Shown here piece after piece: positions 57,937-64,000 of a DNA stretch of 64,000 nucleotides. Made by a program: the position numbers and the translations under genes. Origin of the DNA: Chthoniobacterales bacterium (GTDB taxonomy: Bacteria; Verrucomicrobiota; Verrucomicrobiia; Chthoniobacterales; UBA6821); assembly GCA_049282095.1 (NCBI GenBank), contig JBAPTI010000004.1, forward strand, positions 1,770 through 65,769, in the 5' to 3' direction. The notes under the pieces are model-generated. The model was not told the origin of the DNA, searched no databases, and saw only the letters and a list, made by a program, of their open reading frames with translations. Each line of letters opens with the position of its first letter. Within the stretch, counting starts at the first letter, position 1.

Positions 57937-58650
57937 TCACCGGAGGTGCTTGGGAACGAAGTAGTTCCGGATCCACCATACCCCCACCATGAAGCAGGGC
58001 CCTGAAAACATGAAGGCTCCGGGGGCGAAGGACTCGCTCTGCTCGGAAAGAAACACGAGCAGGATCGCCGAGATACCCACCAGGATCGCGGTGAAGCCCA
58101 GAAAGAGAAAGAAGCCATCCTGATAGCCGTCCCGGTGGAAATCGCCGATCATGCGGTTCCAGTTGTCCTTGAAGCTCTTGGGATCGGGACGACTGTCAAA
58201 CAACTGTGCAAATGCACCAAGCATCACAAGCGGGCCGAGAATCCACCCGATGAATGGCAGGAGCAGCAGCAGGAGACCCAGAATCAGGCATCCGAGAGAT
58301 TCCTTGGCCCGTTCTTTGAAGGGTTTGTAACCGCTTGGAAAACTGGCTGCCAAGTAGGGTGCGATGTTTCGTTGTCCAGGAGCGGGTGAATTCAAGTAAG
58401 GTTTCTCCTCTTGAGTAGCATCTAGGGTTGGTGTCACTCGAACCATGGATGACGAATGCAGGAGTGCAGGCTCTCTGAGAAAGACTTCCAGTGGCTTCCA
58501 TTTACCTCCCTCTTCTCTAGCCAAATCAGAAAGCGTGATCCGTCCCTCCACAAGCATGGCGTCGATGAGATCCATGCCGAAGGGGCCGTAGATCTCGTCT
58601 TCGCGAAGGATGAAGATCATCGTCTTCTCAGAAGGCCACGGTTGTTTCAT
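57937..58650 (-). CDS. GYF_2 domain + four-TM membrane protein
   Basis: MIFILREDEIYGPFGMDLIDAMLVEGRITLSDLAREEGGKWKPL, then hydrophobic helices. Start is ambiguous (58668 TTG, 58650 ATG, 58620 ATG). Confidence 0.55.
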   Translation of the reverse strand: MKQPWPSEKTMIFILREDEIYGPFGMDLIDAMLVEGRITLSDLAREEGGKWKPLEVFLREPALLHSSSMVRVTPTLDATQEEKPYLNSPAPGQRNIAPYLAASFPSGYKPFKERAKESLGCLILGLLLLLLPFIGWILGPLVMLGAFAQLFDSRPDPKSFKDNWNRMIGDFHRDGYQDGFFLFLGFTAILVGISAILLVFLSEQSESFAPGAFMFSGPCFMVGVWWIRNYFVPKHLR

Positions 58651-58715
58651 GAACCCACTCTTCCACAACCGGGTAGACAGGAGGTGTCTAGTCAGCGGGA
58701 ATAAATTCCCTGCGC

Positions 58716-59783
58716 CTATTCACCATAGACCGATGCCAATGCGCGGGCTTTCTCCGCGATCGTTTTCCGGAGGAGAGCGGGGGCGATGACCTTCACAGTG
58801 GCTCCCCAGCCCAAAATCCATGGCTCGATCTCGAGGAAGGTCGGCTTGGCGAAGGGGAGTTCCATACGGATGCGCCCACCGGCAAGGGGAGTCGTCTTCT
58901 GCTCAGGGTGCCAGAGAGTCTCCGAGGCTCGTTGGGCCGCACCCGCCTCGAACTCGAGTACGACGGGCTGCTTAGGCTTCCGGTCGCTGGCCACAATCCC
59001 GAAACTATAACGGAAGCTCTCAGAGGGTTCCCTTGAATCGGGTACGAATGTCGCTTCGGTAATCCGAGCATTGCTGATGCGAGCGAATTTGAGGGTTCGG
59101 CGTTCGGAGGTTCCTGCCTTGGTGGCATGGAGGTACCAGGAGCCGTTGCGCATGAAGACGAAGCGGGGTTCGAGTGTTCTGGAATCCTTAGGGCCGACGG
59201 ATGGCTTGTAGTCGAGGACGACACGGCGGCTCTCGCGGATAGCCCGGTGGAGGAGCTCGAAGAGGCGGACGTCTTCCTTTCCGATCTCGGGCTTTCCCTC
59301 GAAGCGGAAGTGGACGGAGCTCTCCCACTTCTTCCAGTCGGTGGTGCCGGTGAGGATGCCGAAGGTGTGCTCGAAGGACTCGATCATGCTGCGCCCGATT
59401 TCTGTGGAGCGGTAGGGCTCTAGGCACTGGCGCAGGAAGTGGAGCGTGAGCAGGTCACGGTCCCCGATCTGGACGATCGGTAGGTGCTTGAGATTACCAC
59501 GCAGGGCGTAGCCCCGCCGAGCCTTGTCATGGACAATCTCGTTCGTCTGTTTTTCTCCTTCGATATTGCCCAGAAGCGCATTCAGTTGCGCGATGTCGCG
59601 CTGAATCGTTCGAGTATCGACCTCGCAGATCTTGGAGAGCTTGGCGAGTGAGGGGTAACGCTTGTTCTGAACCTCCGAAAAAATCAGGAAAAGCCGATGG
59701 ATGTGATCACGGGAGGTGTTTCCATGGATCTGCTTACGTTTTTTAGCGGGCGGCTTGCCGGATGACTTTCTAGATGAGGCCAT
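58716..59783 (-). CDS. HTH + WYL-domain transcriptional regulator (BrxR/CapW-like architecture)
   Basis: N-terminal HTH (SLAKLSKICEVDTRTIQRDIAQL), literal WYL triad (NGSWYLHAT), C-terminal WCX-like tail (EPWILGWGATVKVIAP). Confidence 0.75.
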   Translation of the reverse strand: MASSRKSSGKPPAKKRKQIHGNTSRDHIHRLFLIFSEVQNKRYPSLAKLSKICEVDTRTIQRDIAQLNALLGNIEGEKQTNEIVHDKARRGYALRGNLKHLPIVQIGDRDLLTLHFLRQCLEPYRSTEIGRSMIESFEHTFGILTGTTDWKKWESSVHFRFEGKPEIGKEDVRLFELLHRAIRESRRVVLDYKPSVGPKDSRTLEPRFVFMRNGSWYLHATKAGTSERRTLKFARISNARITEATFVPDSREPSESFRYSFGIVASDRKPKQPVVLEFEAGAAQRASETLWHPEQKTTPLAGGRIRMELPFAKPTFLEIEPWILGWGATVKVIAPALLRKTIAEKARALASVYGE

Positions 59784-59845
59784 AGCTTTATCCGCCACCG
59801 ATAACCCCTCACACACGGCCTGACGAGTGGATTTCTAGCTCTTGT

Positions 59846-60115
59846 CTAGAGGGTCTCTTCCGGTGGAAGAAAGTCCTTCACATCCATGGGATGCTTCCGT
59901 TTTAACAAGAAGCTATAGAGCCTCCATTCCGGATCCGGAACGGTTTGCTTGTATGGCGGAAAAATGACCGTCGTCGTCCTCAGGCCGTCGACTGCCTCCT
60001 GGCGGTAGAAGCTTTCGACCTGCTTGGGGCGGAAGACGAAGTCGTTGATGATGACAAAGTCAGAGTAGTTGTCCGGTGCGATGCTGTATTTGTTGTTGGG
60101 TCCTGTGATGGGCAT
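59846..60115 (-). CDS. Hypothetical protein (89 aa)
   Basis: ATG 60115. Overlaps the relaxase 3' end by 56 nt. No motif recognised. Confidence 0.35.
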   Translation of the reverse strand: MPITGPNNKYSIAPDNYSDFVIINDFVFRPKQVESFYRQEAVDGLRTTTVIFPPYKQTVPDPEWRLYSFLLKRKHPMDVKDFLPPEETL

Positions 60116-61166
60116 GGTGTTGTTGGTTGTAGTGTTGGTGTTCTAGGAGATAGGTACGTTTGAGCTTGGTAAGGGTCTGCTGCATCTGGCGGAGAGAACG
60201 GCATTGAGCAGCGACTCCGAGTTTTTCCCCAGCTCGTAGCAGGGGGTTCTTTCTGGCCATCAAAACCTTTTCGGCTGCCCGTGCGGCACGAAGGAGAGTC
60301 AGCTGTTTCTTCTTTTCGGCAATGGTCGCTTCTAGCCCTAAGATCGACTCGTAGGATTGGCGCAAATGGGATGCCGCCTGGTGATCCACGTCAATCAAGG
60401 CGATCCGCTGGGCAGCTGAAAGCCTTGGCACAATCGCTAACTTTTCTTGATCGAGACGCTTCGTCAGAGACTCCTCGACCTTCTGCTGATTGGAGAGGAA
60501 TTCGCCTCGGAGCTGATTCTCCCGCTCGAACCATTCTCTCATGAAAACCATCTGGTTTTTATGCCTCCCGGGATGTCGGGACATGCTGCATCCAACGTAT
60601 CGTCCCTTCGCACTTCTGGGACACAGGGCGACGTGAACATGGAGGTTATCCGTGTCGTGATGGAGCCCGTAGGCATAGCCAATCGAGTCACTCCGATGGA
60701 ACTTCTCGGCGAACCGTTCCATCACCTTTTTGACACTGGAAATCACCACCTGATCGGGGCTGATCCCGGCCTTTACGAGAGCATCGTGCTGCTCGGTCGA
60801 CATCGAAAAAACGAGCCGATGAGCCACGACAGGCTGCTTCGCCTGAGATCCAAAACGATTCAGATGATGCCTCCAGACCTCGGTGATTCTCCTCTTCCTT
60901 TCCTCATTGGAAAGTTTGCTAGGAGCGGTGCTTGTCCCATCTGGATTCCGGCGAATCGCGTGATGCAAAAAGCCCCCGACATGAACCTGACCGAGTGATT
61001 CTTTTGAGGCATAATCCGTAAATCCCTTCAGCTTTTTTCCGACTTCTTCATCGAGCTTTTTGGCAGCACGAAGGGATGATTTTCGTCCGGAACTCTCGTC
61101 CAGATATTCCAGATCGAGCCTCCCCCGCGCCGTCGACTTGTGCGCGAAAATGAGGCCGTTCTTCAC
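60060..61166 (-). CDS. Relaxase/mobilisation nuclease (MobA/VirD2 family)
   Basis: Histidine triad context GLHHDTDNLHVHVAL. GTG start overlaps the upstream stop (GTGA). Confidence 0.6.
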   Translation of the reverse strand: MKNGLIFAHKSTARGRLDLEYLDESSGRKSSLRAAKKLDEEVGKKLKGFTDYASKESLGQVHVGGFLHHAIRRNPDGTSTAPSKLSNEERKRRITEVWRHHLNRFGSQAKQPVVAHRLVFSMSTEQHDALVKAGISPDQVVISSVKKVMERFAEKFHRSDSIGYAYGLHHDTDNLHVHVALCPRSAKGRYVGCSMSRHPGRHKNQMVFMREWFERENQLRGEFLSNQQKVEESLTKRLDQEKLAIVPRLSAAQRIALIDVDHQAASHLRQSYESILGLEATIAEKKKQLTLLRAARAAEKVLMARKNPLLRAGEKLGVAAQCRSLRQMQQTLTKLKRTYLLEHQHYNQQHHAHHRTQQQIQHRTGQLL

Positions 61167-61393
61167 GAAAGTTCCTCCAGAAATGCAATCGCCTGATCGA
61201 GCTTGGTCTCGATCCTTTCCAGCGCAGCGGGATCGATTTTGCTGTCGAGTTCTGCAGCGTAGATCAGCGCTTCGAGTGTCTCGGCTTTGGTGCGAAAACC
61301 ACGCGCCTCGTGCAACCGATGGAATCGCTCATACGCCTCGTCGCTGAGCAGAAACTCCATGCGCCTTGTGTTGGGCTTTTGATGATGCGGCAT
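61163..61393 (-). CDS. MobC-like / ribbon-helix-helix relaxosome accessory protein
   Basis: 76 aa. RRMEFLLSDEAYERFHRL beta-strand/helix pattern. Translationally coupled to the relaxase. Confidence 0.45.
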   Translation of the reverse strand: MPHHQKPNTRRMEFLLSDEAYERFHRLHEARGFRTKAETLEALIYAAELDSKIDPAALERIETKLDQAIAFLEELS

Positions 61394-61514
61394 CGCGTTT
61401 TAAGAGCGGAGTTGGTCGGGTTCCCTGGGGCTCGGCTAACGGATTCAGGGAAATCTCTGGAGCGTGCCTGACACGCGGAAGAGGCAGCGGGGAGGAAGCG
61501 CCAGCGGCCCCGCC

Positions 61515-61537
61515 AGCACTTTCCGGGAGAAAGTGCT
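61515..61537. repeat. 8-bp inverted repeat, oriT candidate
   Basis: agcacttt-ccgggag-aaagtgct, about 125 nt upstream of the mobC-like start. Confidence 0.3.
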
Positions 61538-61933
61538 ATCCTGTTGGTTGTTTGGCCCGGGTGAACAAACACCACGATTCAGCTTCCAGAGGTCTGGAAT
61601 GGATCTCTGTGATGGGGGTGAATGAGGTTGTCCCGAGTAGATCGAACAGGTGGGTGAGCCGATTGCAGGGAAGCGGAGGGGATGAGGCCGATTCGCTGCA
61701 ATGGGCGATGGGTAAGAGGATCGTCTGGCAGGGTGAGCTGATGGGACGGAGGAAGCAGGAACAAGCGGGGCCCACACCGAGCCCCCAGTGACGTCCGCAC
61801 AGCGGGCGACGACACCCCATGAGCGTTGGAAAACAGCAGGTGCGAAAAAACTGTCAGAAGAGGGCTTCGGGCGGGCCTGAATGAGGGGTCGAACGAATTC
61901 CATTTCATCCATTCTTTCAGGAAAAAAAGCCCT

Positions 61934-61957
61934 TGGTGCTCCCGATCGGGAGCACCA
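61934..61957. promoter_or_regulatory. 24-bp perfect palindrome, candidate operator
   Basis: tggtgctcccgatcgggagcacca, 31 nt upstream of ATG 61989. Confidence 0.5.
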
Positions 61958-61988
61958 TGCCTCTGTAGATGTGTTTTATTTGGTGGCT

Positions 61989-62192
61989 ATGCCACAAAAC
62001 GCATCCAGCAAAACTGATGATCTGACCAAGGTGAAAACCTGGCTAGAGAAGCCGGAACAGGCCGAGATCCTCGGCTATCTCCGGGAGATGATACGACCGA
62101 CGCTACGGCCGGAACGCCATGAGGAGTTCATCCTCAAGAAGGCCCGACGATTCCTTCGCTCCACGGGCTTCCAACTTCCCGAAGAACGATGA
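61989..62192 (+). CDS. Hypothetical small protein
   Basis: ATG 61989 (MPQNASSK...). ATGA coupling to the next gene. Confidence 0.4.
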   Translation: MPQNASSKTDDLTKVKTWLEKPEQAEILGYLREMIRPTLRPERHEEFILKKARRFLRSTGFQLPEER

Positions 62193-62497
62193 GCGAAGAT
62201 CACAATCTCGCGGAGGGACAAAAGCGTCCCCGCAACACGGGTGAAGCCCTGCTCTTGCTGAAGTCTCTCGTCGGCCCCAAAGGGGATCCACCGGGGGCTC
62301 ATCCCAAGTCGGAATTCATCAACACCAAGACCGCTGCCCAGTGGCTCGGTATCCCCGAACGGTCGATGCAGCAGTACGTCCAGATGGGGCTCCTCCCGAG
62401 CTACAAGCTCGGCAAGCACCGGCTCTTCCGTAAAAACGAACTGCTGGAGGCTCTGGGCGCCACTCGCAGGGCTACCCGCGCGGAGATTCTGAGGTAG
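62189..62497 (+). CDS. Excisionase/MerR-like helix-turn-helix DNA-binding protein
   Basis: INTKTAAQWLGIPERSMQQYVQMGLLPSYKLGKHRLFRKNELLEAL, an HTH_17-type pattern. Confidence 0.6.
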   Translation: MSEDHNLAEGQKRPRNTGEALLLLKSLVGPKGDPPGAHPKSEFINTKTAAQWLGIPERSMQQYVQMGLLPSYKLGKHRLFRKNELLEALGATRRATRAEILR

Positions 62498-62559
62498 GGA
62501 GTGGAGCCACTATATGCTGCTTGCATAGCGAACGTTTAGGCGTTGGCAGAAGCGCTTTG

Positions 62560-63222
62560 TTAGGCCCCAGTCGTTTCATCTTTTAGCATTCCTCCGAAGA
62601 GGCTGCCCAGAACCTGCTGCTCGTTGAGAACTCCTAGGCTGACTAGGCTCTGTAACGTCGAAAGAGCGGAATCTAGTCCTAGTCCGGCTGAGCAACACTC
62701 AAGTCGGTCGTAGCAGAAGAAATGTCGACCCGTCGCACTTGAAGCTCGTTCAACAGCGACTGCCGGTTCCTCATTTCGAATTTCAAGGTTGTAGATGAAT
62801 GAGTGGAAACCAGCCGTCAAGTCGTGCTTGTCCACGGACCAGCGAGGGCCGCAGATGTAATCAATTTTGCCGCACATTCTGAACATTGTGTCGGCGATAG
62901 ACCGTAAACCGCCGCGGCAAGTAGCAAGAAATAGAATGCCGCCCGTGTTCAGCCAGTTGGCGTTACAGAGCGCAAGAGCAAACTTGCCCCATGCGAACAT
63001 GCGTGAACCGTCGGCCTCTCCGAAGCCATGTTCGTTAGCGTGCCCACAGAGGTAAATGTAGTCGAACTGTTCGCCTCCAACGACACCTGCAATGACTTCG
63101 TCGAGGGACGTAATGACGAGTTGATCGCACTCGATGCCAATAAGGTCTGCGATGGTCTTGATGTGCTGGGTCTCAGCGATGCAAACATCTTGACTAGCTT
63201 TGAGGGTGAGCAGGCGCTTCAT
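62560..63222 (-). CDS. Minimal caspase/CHAT-like fold protein (putative His-Cys dyad)
   Basis: A beta-strand plus His (YIYLCGHANEHG) followed by a beta-strand plus Cys (GILFLATCRGG), in the order and spacing typical of clan CD peptidases. Motif-level inference only. Confidence 0.4.
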   Translation of the reverse strand: MKRLLTLKASQDVCIAETQHIKTIADLIGIECDQLVITSLDEVIAGVVGGEQFDYIYLCGHANEHGFGEADGSRMFAWGKFALALCNANWLNTGGILFLATCRGGLRSIADTMFRMCGKIDYICGPRWSVDKHDLTAGFHSFIYNLEIRNEEPAVAVERASSATGRHFFCYDRLECCSAGLGLDSALSTLQSLVSLGVLNEQQVLGSLFGGMLKDETTGA

Positions 63223-63290
63223 TTGTGCGATTACTTAACGTCGAAGCTTGCCGACGCGCAGTAGCGCGTTCGCTTCAGTGCTTTGTTTGC

Positions 63291-64000
63291 TCATTTGATT
63301 GTATCAAGATTATCCAGATTCATTGCTATCCCGAAATTGCGCTCAAAGTGGAAGATATTCCATCGACTGACCTGTAGACGATCATGGCCCTTTGCTATGG
63401 CATCCCTTAAGGCATTTGCATCAGTGATTCCGGTAATAATCGCTAGCTTCTTAAAGTTCTTGTGTTGTGCTGCTCGGATGAAGAAGGGAAATTCGGTTGC
63501 ATAACCTGCGTAATGCATCAGCTGAGGATACCAGCGGGTATCTGCTGTGATAAACGAGATCAAAAGTGTCAACAGGTCGGCTTGGATAATGTCCGTAAAC
63601 GGTAGATCTTGGCGTGTTGATTGTCGCTTTATCAGTTCCGCAGCTGGACTGTAAAGCCTTTGACCTTCCGGCGCCAAGACGGTGTTTAGGGTTTCGGAAT
63701 AGCCGTAAAAATCGTCGAACTTTCCAAAACGATCAAGTCCATGCCTCTCTGTTGACGGAAGGATGTAATGCGATGTGTAAATATTGTGAAGATCCTCATA
63801 TGCACGGACTTTCAGCAAAGCCGCAATGATGTAAAGAAATGTCTCGTAAACAAAAAGCTTGTGCGCCTCGAACCAAGCATCGTTCCAAACTGTAACCTCT
63901 TCGGGGCGTGCCTTGATTTCTCGCAGTCGCTCAAGGAGCTGAATCAAGGATTCACTGAAGTCTTCAGATGGAGACACTTCCCCCTCAATGAGAACCCAGT
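63291..64000 (-). CDS. Hypothetical protein, 5' end probably outside the window
   Basis: The ORF-track start at 63977 is a GTG, and the frame stays open upstream to the window edge (...WVLIEGE-VSPSEDF). No motif recognised. Confidence 0.45.
   Translation of the reverse strand, partial: WVLIEGEVSPSEDFSESLIQLLERLREIKARPEEVTVWNDAWFEAHKLFVYETFLYIIAALLKVRAYEDLHNIYTSHYILPSTERHGLDRFGKFDDFYGYSETLNTVLAPEGQRLYSPAAELIKRQSTRQDLPFTDIIQADLLTLLISFITADTRWYPQLMHYAGYATEFPFFIRAAQHKNFKKLAIITGITDANALRDAIAKGHDRLQVSRWNIFHFERNFGIAMNLDNLDTIK

Larger units (their letters stand above)
45134..64000. mobile_element. Putative integrative/mobilisable genomic island abutting the tRNA-Val 3' end (right end beyond the window)
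   Basis: Starts at the tRNA 3' end. Shows an abrupt change to mosaic, often AT-richer composition. Carries relaxase, MobC-like and excisionase-like HTH genes, a restriction-modification enzyme, Abi-type genes and many orphans. No integrase or att repeat found in the window. Confidence 0.6.

Overview
High-GC bacterial chromosome segment. Gene content looks like the PVC group or Verrucomicrobiota (LL-DAP aminotransferase, many GYF_2 proteins, a PSCyt-like CxxCH domain); this is inference, no search was run. Coordinates include stop codons, as in the ORF track. All domain calls come from motifs read by eye in the translations, not from database hits.

Positions 1-45 kb are core genome. They hold a DD-carboxypeptidase; kdsA-lptC-lptA-lptB-hprK-ptsH; a PfkB sugar kinase; dapL; a UV/photodamage neighbourhood (alkB, DUF2805, two photolyase-family genes of which one carries an in-frame TAA, DUF2256, DUF3050, ADP-ribosylglycohydrolase, a UbiB kinase with a TetR regulator, an MBL exonuclease); and a membrane-lipid block (Delta9-type desaturase, a thioredoxin/cytochrome c/PHM-like fusion with an ABC transporter and a HAD hydrolase, plsC, a glycosyltransferase, btaA-btaB for the betaine lipid DGTS, and an ankyrin-containing acyltransferase-3). 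They also hold a DevCAB/MacAB-like exporter, ribE, pyk, gpsA-plsY and msrB. Core intergenic regions carry an unusual family of heptamer arrays and inverted repeats that bracket genes.

A tRNA-Val(GAC) at 45059-45133 marks the start of a compositionally mosaic accessory island that runs past the window end. It carries:
- Fic, Zn-ribbon-DUF4145 and Abi-alpha.
- A set of orphan proteins in two operons that share a conserved 33-nt 5' element, flanking a 45-codon Cys-rich peptide gene with its own terminator.
- A metallophosphoesterase.
- An AT-rich gene pair (J-like and double-GYF).
- A WYL-regulator-led operon ending in an MmeI-like type IIL restriction-modification enzyme.
- A relaxase/MobC mobilisation module.
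- An excisionase-like HTH.
- A mini caspase/CHAT-like protein.

No integrase, CRISPR array or rRNA was seen. The best candidate for an undescribed system is the co-regulated orphan module at about 48.4-53.4 kb. The second is the WYL/GYF/MmeI-like operon.
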